Shown here piece after piece: positions 1 to 13,100 of a stretch of 53,741 bases of DNA. Position 1 is the stretch's first letter. The number at the start of each line of letters is the position of its first letter. Origin of the DNA: Aplysia californica (taxonomy: Eukaryota); contig NW_004797886.1 in the NCBI RefSeq assembly GCF_000002075.1, positions 379,493-433,233 on the forward strand. The letters are read 5' to 3'. Made by a program: the position numbers and the translations under genes. The notes under the pieces were generated by a model, which saw only the letters and a list, made by a program, of their open reading frames with translations, did not search any database and had not been told where the DNA came from.

Positions 1-912
1 GGGGGTGTTCAACTCCCACGACACATAGCTGCCAACCTGTAGGTAAAAATGGTATCTTGAGTATTGAAGTCTGTTTTCGTGTTACAAAATACATGAATGT
101 TCTCTCTTTTCTAGTATTGCTCCTCATGGACTTGCTAGTGCTAAAGAAAACTTGAAAACTTTCAAGAGCGAGTTGCCAATCAATAATGAGAATGAAGCCT
201 TCCTCTACTGTAACTGTATCTCTTATCACAGTAAGATATTTAGCATGGTGGTTTTATTGAATGCAAAAAAAAAAAAAAAAAATATGTGAAGGGTTCAGCG
301 GGGATTACTCGGCCAATTGCCTGGCCACCATCTTGACCCGTTGTGTAGGTAGAATCTATTTTCTGGTTTTGAAAAGTCACACTACAGTTGGGTGCACTTC
401 ATGTGCCACAGTCTCTCTGGTAGAGTGATGGCTTTTAAAAATTTTTAATACTTTTGTCTTCATACTGATAAATTGATAGAATGGTGGTGTCCTCCCCTAT
501 ACTCAGCTCTGCAGAGTGCAGGGAGACTGTCTTTGAAATGACTTATATCAAAGTCTGGATGTAAGGCTCAGACAAACACCATGATGCAATTTGAAGGTTG
601 TTGAAATCTTGCACTCAGCAATGGACATGTATCAAACTTGAAATAATGATAGTGATTAATAGCTTTTGTGTAGTGCAAAATCCCGCTCAACAGCAAGCTG
701 TATGGTTTTTACAATCTGTATTGGTACTTCAGCAGACGTGATAGCATTCTGAAATAATCTTGACTTCCTGGGAAGCATACAGTGCAAGCTGCCATTTTAC
801 AGGTGCCAAAACACTAGCATACCGACAAAATCCTTCGCCAAAGGTACACATTAAAAAAATGCTTCCAATTTCTTTCTAAATTTAATCCTTCTATTTCTGA
901 TCTTTTTTTCAG

Positions 913-1122
913 GTTTGGACAATGTGGGACTTTTCCGAGTGAGTGGGAATGTTCGGATCGTGGAGAGGATGAGGATGCAGTTTGAGCTGGTGGGCGACGT
1001 GAACTTTGAGGAGGAGAATGACACAGCAGCTGTGGCGGGCTTGCTGAGGGTGTTCCTCCGAGATCTCCCGGACACCCTTGTTCCTGCCGGTCTCACCAAG
1101 CACTTCTTCTCCATTGTTCAAG
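913..1122 (+). CDS. FAM13A: FAM13-like exon, RhoGAP (GLDNVGLFRVSGN...FFSIVQ)
   Basis: ttttcag acceptor, AG|gtcagt donor, arginine-finger motif. Confidence 0.93.
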
Positions 1123-4100
1123 GTCAGTCCTATTTTGGGAATAGCATCGAACCTGCTCGTGACAGTGGCCTGTCCAAGACAATTACCTGTTCAAACGACC
1201 TCTTCCCGCTTTCCCCCTTGCATTTTTTTACAATATAATGATACTGTAGAAGACTCCACCTTCCTAAGACAACCTTTTTCCTCCTTGATAATGGGGTGGC
1301 TGTCTTGGACAATTTTGACTAATCGTTTTCGATTCTTTATTTAAAAAAAAATAATGTTTTGTTGTTGTTTGTAAAAGTTACAACCTTTCTGAACGTGTAA
1401 TTTGGAAGGCACTATTGGCCAAGTGAATAGAGTTTAGAAAAGGGAAGTGAGAAGGGAAGAAAGGTACAGTCGATGTGTAAGGGTAATTATCACCTCCAGC
1501 AGTCATTTATTACCAAACCCCTCCCCTCATTTAGGGGGTAGGGGTCGGGAGGGGGGGGGGGCGTTTTGGTTAATGAGAAAGACTTTTTATATATTTGTCT
1601 TGTGGTGTTTTGGGGAGTCATAACTCAGTGAGTGCTTTTGAATAATTTAGAGAGTTCAGAGGTTAAAAAAAGTTCAGGGACACTTCCTAGATGTAAACAG
1701 CTTTCTTATTTCTCTCATAGTTTGTCTTAAAGGTGCAGATTCGGTGTCTTGTTACGTTGAAAGGAAGAAGTCTTGGCTTATGGAATCAGTTGTTGAAAGT
1801 GAGATGCGAATGGTAGCCTAATTTCTGTTCGTCATAGATTTCGTAACATTTGTTTTTACATTTTACAATGACAGAAGACTTATTAACCCATTTCCACCCG
1901 AGTTGCCTCCCTGAGCAGACACACCCACCTTGGCTGCCTCCAGCCACACATACAAATTTAGGTGCCCACGCTAAAACTGCAATGGCTTTCCGTCCAAACA
2001 GCTACAAAAGTAGTGGACTATAAGCTTACGGCAATCAAGAACACTAACTCTTAAGTAGTTTTTTAAAAACTTAGAAATAATGGACTGAAGAAAGTTTTAT
2101 TGAGACAAGAGGGATTCAGATTTTCTCATAATCAAGTGGCTGCATTGATATGAATATTCTCGTAGGCCGTCAGCAATGAGTTGAGACTAGACTTTAAGAA
2201 GGATGAAAGTCATCAAGTCTTAGTCAGTGGTTGTTGTGTCTAGTTTCAGGGTTATCAGCAAAAGTAAGGATGAGTAATGTTTACCTGCATGGTCAAAATG
2301 ACAAGAAGGAAGTTCCACAAAGATGTTATTGTTGTGTGACCTTGAAGTATTTTATATTGCTGTAGTGGTTTGCAGGTGCTCTAATGTGGTTTGCTCCTTC
2401 ACTCCTTTCAAACATCCATCGTCCTTATCTCTCCTCCTTCTTTTCTTTGCATGGTACTCTCTAGTTACACTTAATCTTCGGCATGTAGGTGACCCATTTG
2501 TGTTGTAGCGCAGTAAAACTCTCAATAAAACTTAACCAAAACTGTCGTTGTTATGTGTGCTGTATGACGAGTATGTAATTAAGTGGGCTATGTGTGTAAA
2601 ATGACCAATAAGTTCATCTTCCTTTGACTCTGGGTAGTTGGTGGGTGCTCTAATGTGGTTTGCTCCTTCTTCGTATCATACAACTATTTCATATCATCCT
2701 TATCTCTTCTTCTTTTCTTTGTTTGTTACTCTCTAGCAGTAATATCTTTAATCTTTCGCACTTCTATGACCTATTTGTGTTGCAAGTGCCGTAAGACTTA
2801 CTTTAACTAAACTAAAAACCGTTTCTCTTATCTCACAGAATCTTCCACGGATACAGAACTGATCCTGCCAGAGATCAAAAGGGCGTTGAATATGCTGCCA
2901 GAAGAAAACTACAATGTGTTGAAATACATCTGTTCCCTCTTGGTTGTTGTAGATGAACATAAAGATGAGAATAAGATGTCTTCATATGCGCTGGCAATTG
3001 TGTTTGGACCCAATATATTCAAGTGAGTACTGGCAATTTTTGTACTTGTTTCTTGTTGCTTGAGAGTTTATTGATGCCATGTATTTTGTGTGAGAAAAAA
3101 AACAACAAATTTTTCTAGATTTGATGTCCAAGTGGAATATCCAATAATGTTTGATTGAAAGGATATGAATTACGTTGCTGTTGTAAAAGGGTCACCTAAG
3201 AACATTTTGAAGTTTTTTGTGGCGAGGAATTGTAATTTTTGGCTGATGTGATAAGAAACTGCTTTTGTTTTTATATTTGGTATATTTATGGTGATTACTT
3301 GCATAAAGTTTTCAATTGTTTTCCCCCCTGTTTTGTTTTTCCAGATATGAGTTGACCTCCGGTGTTGATGGTTTGAGAGACATGGATTCCAGTAAGGATG
3401 TCATGCAACTCTTCATTACAGAGTATGACACTTTGTTTCTGGAAGATGGAGATCTCAGTCCCAAAATGTTCTGGGTAATCTTGCTGTTTTGTCATCTTTT
3501 CTTAACTCATGGCTGTGAGATTTTTGAAGTGCCAAAGTAAAGCTAAAGTGTTCTGAAAAAAGAATAGCTTAATATTAAAATTTTACTTCACAAAGGTCAG
3601 GTTTGTGTATCTTGTTCTTCATATTGTCATTGTATGCTGCTATTCCGGGCATGTTGATTAAAAAAGGGGTAGTAATTATTCGTTAGAGGGCAAATTTTTC
3701 AATTTCAAGAGAACTAAAATAAAAGCAAACTGGCTTTAATTACCACCTTTTAAAAATTTTTCCCTCTCTAAAATTTTGTGGTCATATTTGCAAAGTCTGA
3801 ACAGAAAGGAAAAGCTATGGGTCTTACTCATCGCGGAACATTGATGCATGAACTTGGCAATGATCATGTTTGCAACAGGTACGGTAAGTTAGGCTTAAGT
3901 TGTCACAGCTGGCCAGGATTTACTATGTGAAGTCTTCCCTCACGGACTGAGGGGATCAGAACAGCTGATCTCCATGAGCTGTTACAGGGATTATTAACTA
4001 ATTATTTATTATTGCAGGGAGATTTTCAAGCAAAGGCAAAGCAACCCTCTCTCTGCATTCCTCTATCCGAAAGGACTTGTGTTGAGATGTTGAAGATTTT

Positions 4101-7100
4101 TTTTTTCTATATTTCTATAGAGTTCAGTGAAGAAAGTACTTTCTTTGGAGTCAGTTACCAGTGTTTGTGATAGATGGGTGGAATGTTTGCTTCTAACCAG
4201 TTTGAAAAGTGATGATGAAGTGCAGCATTAATTTTTTTTACTGGTCTACTTCTTACCTGAATGTGTGTTCTAGAGGGTTTTAAAAAAAAATCCACGTGGC
4301 TTGAGAAGTCCTGAAAATTTTTATTTATTCTTGAAAAATCAGAACACAGTTTACTGTTTATGTTTTGCTATTTATACTAATAAAGTGCTCAGGGCCCGAG
4401 TTCTTTGTTNNNNNNNNNNNNNNNNNNNNNNNNNNNNNNNNNNNNNNNNNNNNNNNNNNNNNNNNNNNNNNNNNNNNNNNNNNNNNNNNNNNNNNNNNNN
4501 NNNNNNNNNNNNNNNNNNNNNNNNNNNNNNNNNNNNNNNNNNNNNNNNNNNNNNNNAAAATACTATCAAATGTATCAACGGTTTTGGGATTTCATGGGCT
4601 GAAGATTTTAGATTTCATGTGATAAAAAAAAATAATTGATGTCTTATTTTTGTCTTTCCTGTTGTAGGAGACGTGCAACTCGAAAAAGTCTCCCCCTCCT
4701 AGGCCACCCCCGCCCAAAGTGCAGTCGTTGCCATTGTTCAGTACGCTGTCGTCAGTTGAGATGACCCCAGCCTCCTTGACCTCCTCCGCGTCATCCTCCT
4801 CGTTAGACTACAGACCTGTGCCCTCGCCCAGGAAGGTAGGAGGAAGGGATGAATGGAATAACAGGCTTAGTTACATTGATCCGACCGCAGCTTAACTTGT
4901 TTTGAATTCCTTTTCTTTTTTTAACTCACTCACTGCCATGCCCAAACCCTGTCGGGTGATCCGCGTAGACCGCTACCTGCCCAACCCGAAACCCGTCGGG
5001 TGCGTTCTTACTTCTATTTTTCAAACGTTCCCGGACGTGTTTCGGGCTTGGCAGTCGGAAGTAGGCGATATAAGCCAGTTTAGCTTCAATTCTGCATTGT
5101 TGCAGTGACTTCCCTTGAATAAGTGACTTTAAAATCGGACTTATTCGAACTCACCCGAAACGAACTAAAAACTACTAACGCTCAGTCACGATGGTGACGG
5201 CATCTCAATGAGGTCAGAACATTTGAATTGATGGACCCCTTCGTCAATAAAGGGTCAGATTTAGATCTTTTTGCTGATGATAGTGATGATGAACCATCAT
5301 GCAGAGTTGATAATAAGTTTAGGAAAGGAAATAGGAGAGGTGCGAACACAAGTGAAGATGAAAATTGTGCTAGATCTAGGCCTAGACTAGAATCAGGTGT
5401 ACCCCATGCTTAGACCTATGATCCGGCGCTTCCCAATCCCAGTTCAGGCCCGTCACGCAAACGTCAAAGATCACACAACGTAGATTTATACCCCAAATGA
5501 TAGGATTACAGTTGACATAGACCCTCCTAGGTCTACACATCAAACTTCAAACAGTGGCACCCCTCCCCCAGTGGCCATGCCCCATCCTGCAATCACACAT
5601 CCTGATGTTGATGCTCAGGATGGGTAGACTGATGACCTGAATGACTTTCCAGTTATATAAAATTTGTCAGATCTCTTTTCATAGTGACTCTTCAACATTT
5701 GTCAGTTTATGTCTGTTGATAATACATCTATTTCTTGCAGGGACAAAGATATAAAGGCATGCATATCGACTGAATGTACCAAGCACCTAAATGTTATATA
5801 AAAGTTTTTTTTCTCGATTTTGCCCCATAATTCACAAACTCATAAAATTTCACACGGTAAAGGTATCACAAAATTTGTTTGGGATTTGTTGAGTATGTTT
5901 CAAAGCAATTGTTTGTGGAAAAGTTCAGTGCTGAACACATAATAATAAGCTCACAGAGAGGTTTTGAAAATGGTCCTGAAAACCTGGCATTCCTCAGTTA
6001 CCCTGCCCAGAAATGCCTGGCTGTGAGTGAGTTAAGGAGCGATGAGAAAATATGAGACATAAGAGAATAAACTGGTCTAATAGATTTTATCAGCATTTTT
6101 ATTATGAACTTGGCTTGTTCTTAACTTGATCTGATTCTGTTTTCGGTCTTTGAGTGATTGGTAGGTCTGTAACTATATTTATCTTTTTATGGTGGAAATA
6201 CATTTTTTTTCCTACACTCCTCATTTTACCCACAGTGTTTGAAGTGCTGAATGGAAATGTTCTACTTGTTTAACAAAAGCGAGTTACCTTGTTCAGTTTA
6301 GTTTGTAATGAATTGCTGATGTACTTCTCCAGATAAAAAACATTTATGAAGTAAACACACTCCCCGAGTCAGAAGACAGGCAGACGCCAACATTGGGCGT
6401 GCACAATTCTGTTCCTTTGTTCAGCCCTAGAGAGGATATTGACCACAGCAGAGCCCATTCTCCCTTTGCTTTGGAAAGGTATGTTGCTGTGCTACGCTGA
6501 GCTGTGGCTCTTGTGTTGTAGTTTACAGGTGTTGTGTTCTCCACATTTCGAGCAAATGGCAAATGTCTGTTGTGAAAACTGTTACCCTTACTTTGTCAGT
6601 ACAAACAACAGTTTTTTTCTCTTTGTGCATTTATATTTTTAATCAGTTTAGTGAATTTGTTTTTGTTTGAGACGCGCACACGGGCACATGCGCACACACA
6701 CACACTCTCTCTCTCTCCCTCTCTTCTCCTCCCTCTCTTCTCCCCCCTCTCGTCCCTCCATCTTCATACTGCTGTTCAGTCACTTTAAGCAGAGGTCTGA
6801 TAACAGTAGTGACTACTTGTAATGATTCATAAATGGTGATATCATTTTTTTTTTCTAAACAGTGAAACTCATAGCATCATAGAATCTCCGATGATCACAG
6901 CGAGGACGAATGAGTAAGTGCCAAATCTTATTTCTTTGTCTAGAGATTGAACTCTCCGTTTATTGTGTTGCAAGTGCCGTAAAACTCTTACTAAAACTGA
7001 AACTGAACTCTCCTTGATATGAAATAATAATAATGATAATTAAATATGAAATAATAATGATCATCAATTATTTATTTATAAAGGCACCAGCTATCCATGT

Positions 7101-10100
7101 ACAGGTGCTGTTTTAGCCATGAAATAATAATGATAATTAAAATGACATTTATATATGGCAAAGGACCCAGGCTCGGGGCGCTTAACAAATGCAAGTAGCA
7201 ACACATAAACAGTACATTGTGTTCTGACTATCTCTTTTAATATAAAGGTTTGTCATCTTAAAAGATTAACATGATTAGGCCAAGCTTCTGGTCCTGGTTT
7301 GTGAGTCACACCATCTGTTCCCAGGGGATCGAGAGATTTTGTCAAGCTTTGAGACGTCCATAATTTATGCTGTCACTTTCTAGTCATATAGGCTTTATGG
7401 CCTTTTATGAGTGGTATTCACTTCTATTTAAATGATCTGAGATTGGAATTTGCTTAATTATTCATACGTGTAGAGTTTCCTGTCAACTGTCTCATGTCAC
7501 TGGTCATTAGATTGTGTGGTGACATATAAGCAAAAGAATGTGATTTCAACTGATTTGAGTTGAGAAATAATTCGCCTGAGTTCTTTTGCTTTTGAATTTA
7601 GAGTGTTGTTTTAATGGGCTTGGATTTTGCCAGTGCTGTTTTGTGTTGATGTTTAAACGCTGACCAGATGTTCTTAGAGTTAAATAATTCTTATCAAACC
7701 TTTGATAGAGGTGGCATAGCTAACATAAAGGTAAGAAGTTCGTTGTATTTTTTATCAGTGTGAGGGTCATAGTCATAATATTCTGAAAGGACTTTTTGAA
7801 AATATTGAACAATGACAGCTTATATAGGAGGGTTACACGTTCTGTCGGTTGCTATGTTTTCAAAGAAATGTGTTTACTGTCCATAGCTTTTGTCTGTGAC
7901 ATTAATATTTGTTTCTAAAAAAACTAATGGAGAAGAGTTATGGGGAAAGAATTTATGATTTTAATCCAAGAGCAAGGGTAATAAAAGAAATTGTACTTTT
8001 TAAAGACATATGTTTAATTGTTCTGTTGTGCTGAATCAAGTCATGCGCTCTTGTAACTCGAATAAATGTCCATCAATTTCTTTTCTTTCAGATTTGTTGA
8101 GAAGACCATCGTTGAAACTATATCAGAACACATTTTCGGAGGAATGGATTTCAACCAGAGTTCAGGGCCTCATAGTATGTATCTATCCACAGTTGTGTCT
8201 GTTATGTTTTATGGGCATTTTTGTGTATATAGGTGAACACGGGGCCTTTTGTATTTTCCAGACCAAGAGAACATGGAGCTTGTTGCTGTTTGTGTTGATG
8301 TTCTGTTTTTCCGTATGCTATTCATAAAAGTTTTTGGTTGCTATGGTTTTTCAAACCTACGTCCTAGTTATGTTTGAAGTTTTACAACTGCAGTTATTTT
8401 GTATCTACAACTGGGGTGTAAGATTTGTTCTCTTGTGTCATTGCAAGTTTTATTCTATCTAATAACAATGATTGATTTTTGTGTACTGACGGAAAAATAT
8501 GTGATTAAATGCGTCTTGTATAGTGCCAGTCTTGACTTTTGCACACATGAGTGAATCACTTTTTTTAGGTTCTCCATTTTTATACTCGGAAGTTGTCTGA
8601 AAAAAGATAATGTCTATTCTTTTGCCAGCTCCAAGATCACCCCAAAAGGCTGCTGTAGATGCAATTGATTTTACAGATGGGTAAGTTTTTAGAGGAACGG
8701 TATTTAGAAACCATTGACCTAGTTCATTAAGAACTGTTTGTACCCATTTTGTCCGTATGTCTTCTTACAGAGTATAGTATATGCATGGATATAAAACTGT
8801 TGATCCAACAGTTGCTGTGATTGCAATCAACTTCTAATTTTGACTTTACCGAAGTATTGTCTCTTTGATGTATATTGGTTGTTCGCAGGTCAGATCTGCA
8901 TTTATTGAGATTACGCAACAGATTTTCAAGTCCTGAATTTATTCATATAGATGTATTTTCTTTATATTTAAAACACATTCTTAGCAAATTTGTATATAAC
9001 GAAAAGAGGTGTGTGTCCTGCTGATTTAGCTGTGTGCCTGCTAGACTGTACCTAGACTTCTCTCTTTCTTTTCCCTGTAATCAATTTTTTAACAAATTTT
9101 TTCATCAGAACTTCCGTGGATCACCCAGTGGTCAAGCCAAGGACCAGCATGATGTCGAGACCAGGCCCAAGTTCTTCAGCCGCGCATTCTAGTCAGCACC
9201 CAGAGGTGAGTTGCAAAAACTACAGTTGATTTTGTCCAGGAGAAAAGTGGTTGTCTTAGGCAGGTGTGCGTCTTGGACAGTGTCATCTATAATGTAAAAA
9301 GACGCCAGTTGGAAAGTGGGCATTTGTATATGTGATTGTCTTGGACAGGTGCCCATTAATTAAAGCAAATTCGACTGTATTTCATACTGAATATTTAAAA
9401 AAATGAATATTGGTATTTTATTGTTTCAATTTGAGGTAATTATGTTTTATGGTTTGTGGATTTGTTCTCTTGAAATTTGAGAGATCTTTGTATCTGGTTT
9501 TCCCTGAAAGTGCAAAATATGTTTTTGATTAAAAGGGGGAATTTGTTTATTCTTTTCATGAGGCTGCTTCATAGATACAGTTTCTGTCACCAGAAAAATC
9601 ATGAACTCCCAACTTGTGTGCCTTACAGGGTGAGGAAGAAAAAAACTTGTATTTACGCTTTGTACTTGTGACAGGGATGACTGTATGTTCATGCCAGGTG
9701 ACAGCTGTTTTATGAGGCACACAGTATGATTCCCCTGTATTGCCGTAATATTTTTCATGCTTTAATTTTTTGTATGTGTCAACTAAATTCTTTTTTCTTA
9801 TCTTTTTGCTCAGGATGGATATCAAGGAAAAGTGTTGTGAGTATTGCTATGATGTTCCTTTGTGTGAAAATTTTTTTGTTTTGTGTTAATGTTTCGATAG
9901 TCTGTGCATGTTTTATTGTATTGTGAAGCACCGAGAGCCACCAGGGATTGGGTGCTATAGATAGAAGTGATCTTTAGTATTGATTATTATTTAAAATAAA
10001 AAATAAAAGTGTTATGTCTTCTCTTAATTTGAAGATCCACTGTAGATCATATAGATATGTGTAGATGAACAGAGAACTATATCTACTGCTTTTCCATTTG

Positions 10101-13100
10101 GTTATATTCTAGTTTACTTATGTAACTCACAGAAAATTGTTTTTCATTTTAAGCATAGTCTCTGATACACTATTTTGATTACATAATCCTATAGGTGCAA
10201 GCATTATTGACCAGATTCAGTTTTTGTTAATCAGAGTCATCACAAGCCATTCATACTCGAGTACTCCAGAACTGAATTTGTTCAAAGTAACTAAAAACAA
10301 CATTTTTAAAAACTGTAAGACAGCTTTCAGTTGATCTAGTTTCATTTGAAAAAAATTATTTATCTCTTTTTAGTCTTCACCCCCCCCCCCCCCCCCCCCC
10401 CCTGGGGGCAGTGCCACTGACTGTAGTGTCTTTAGGCCATACCCAAAGGGGGGGACATTTCTCGTTCAAGCATAGTAGAATTGTAAATGGGCTGACTCAT
10501 GTCACGCTCATAACTGTGCCTGATCTACAACAGAGAACTGCTGCTTTTTCTTTCCTGATCCTTACTATTGTCATTTTCCTCTACTTCTTTTGTATGTTTG
10601 TCACTCTCTTGTGACCTGCTATTTCCGGGGGTGCCTTGATATTCGAAGCAGACCTTGTGCTGTTTAAGCTAGAGAGGTGAGCAGTCTAAGTGTGATTCCC
10701 TATAAAGACTTCTCTGTTGACACCCACCCCTTGGCGCTCATATGACCTTATGCAGTTGCGAGCGCCGTAAGACCCTATACTATAAAAAAATTAATTAATT
10801 TAGTCTTCTGTTTTACGATAAGTACAGTGCTTGGTGCAATAGAATTGAGTAAAATCTGTTTTTCTTTCGTTTTATTCTTTTTTCAGACGAGACTTTGACA
10901 AAATTGAAAGAAGTGACATGCTGACTGGGGTGAGTATCTTTGGTATGATCAAAGGCGAAAAGCCTAATTATTTCACTACACATTCCAATATGGAATGTCT
11001 TTTCACAGGACTAAGTTAAGCCTGAAGCAGACTACAGATGTCTCTGATTTCTAAATTGCCTATCAATTATGCCGAATGTCTGTCACTCACATGCTCCAGC
11101 ATGGAGCAGCTTGTTTTGGCAGTTGCAGGTATTTTTTATTTGGGGAAGTAAAAAAAAATTCTCTAAGATTCTCCTGGAAATGACCCAGCCATATTTTCTT
11201 AGCTATCTGCCTTATGTTGATATGTTACAAGCTGTCCTCCCTATTTGTTTAAATCATAATAAAATAATTTCTAGCTGGTATAGTCCCATGTTTTACATGC
11301 TAATGTTATGCTTATACTCAAACAGATGGAGCTATTGGTTATATTTGAACATATGCTTGTCTATTGTAAGAAAATGAAAACGAATATTAAAAGAATTGAA
11401 GACCTGATGACTCGATGCTGTGTGCTTTAACTCCAAAGAAGTTTCATAGACTCTTTTACACTTTTTTGTATGCAACTATTACCTTTATGAATCTATTTGT
11501 AACCGCATAATAGCTGTTTTATAAAAGATTCATAGCTATTGTATTCCGTATCCAAATGTCAACCCACATTTAATCCGCAACTTTATTTTATTGTTAACAA
11601 GAGACTCAAGATCCCTTTAGACTTCCCAGTGGATTCGTGCATAATTTTTCGTCTACTTTCAAAGTAGTCAGCATATCAGAGAGTCAGATGGCTTTTTACA
11701 TAAAAGTTGTTATCTATTGAAAGAAGTAGCTGTTTATGTAGGAAACTTTCCACTAGTCTATATTTTCTGTCTTAAATAGAGGTATCTCTCATATCTACTG
11801 TTTAAAATGTGCCCCAATAAGCTTTATTTAATTATGCGATGTCTACTGACTCTATACAAGTGGAATTCGGAAAATAATTATTCTTTTTGCTTGTTTGAAT
11901 TGTTCATGTATCCGTCTTTTTTTTATTTTACTCCAATATAATCTGTCTGTACTGTCTTGTGTACATATGTGCCTGTGTCAAAATTTTTAAAAATCTTAAT
12001 GTTATTTGTGCAATGCCAAGGACAACTAAAGTTTTACTTTTCTGAAAGGAAAACAAGATAATAGCCATGAACGATAAGCATGCATCTTGAAAAATGTTCC
12101 TTTAGCCGATCTATTCATGGTAAAGCATTCCTTTGGATGCGAATCAAAGTGGCTGTGCTACCCAAATTTCCGTATGATTGGCTTGGATTGATGCTTGACC
12201 TTCTTTACGATAACTGATAGCATTGCTCTGATGGCTGCATGCTATGGGTGGCATGAGAATGCCGCAGGAATATCCATCAACTGTCTGGCTCTTCTGTGTT
12301 TTCCCACTGTTTTGCTTTGTTCAACACTGCATGAGCCTCCCTTTTGAGGACCCGCTTCTCTGTCTCAGACTTTCAATATGTTCTTGTGTATGCACCCCTC
12401 TCACTATTGAGCTGAAGAAAAAATTTGAAATTGTTCTGTAAACAGAAGGATGATGTAGCAATTCTGATAAGTATTTTGTTTGAAAAAAGAAAGGTATATT
12501 TATATTTGAACTCCTATCATGAGTTTTTTCCTGGTACTTTTTGTTAATTACTTTCAACTTTTAGGTGTATGGGTCTGAGTGGACTGTACCTTTGAAGTGA
12601 ACCCTTTCTATATATATCTATCAAATCCATGTGTGGGTATATATATAGAGAGAGAAAGGTGATATATACATACATTTCCATTGAAAATTATGTTAAGGTC
12701 TTAAGACCAACTGGACTGTATTTACCACTTCGCTAGTTGTAATGGATTTCATCAATCTGTTAGAAATGTACTAAGCCCAGAAAGCACAATTTTTCAGGAG
12801 AGAGAAAAAACTTTTTTAACCATTGTGCTGACATTATTTTTCTTTCTTTCTTTTTTCTTTTTGTGTTTATTTTGTTTTTCTTTTTTTTTATCAACATTTA
12901 AAATTTGAATCGCAACAAAATATTTCTTAAGCTCATGCAACTGATACCACAGAATAAGAAACAGAAATTAAAAAATGAAATCCGAAATAGTTCATTTTAG
13001 TTCAACATAATAACTGGCCGACGATTTATTCAAGAAAAATCAAGCTTTCAATTTTGGAATACATGGTTAGTTCTTCCTCTAATTTAAAAATGCCTTTTTC

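Noticed and set aside
4301-4639. ORFs spanning N-runs (also 20830-21150)
   Set aside because: Artefacts of assembly gaps.
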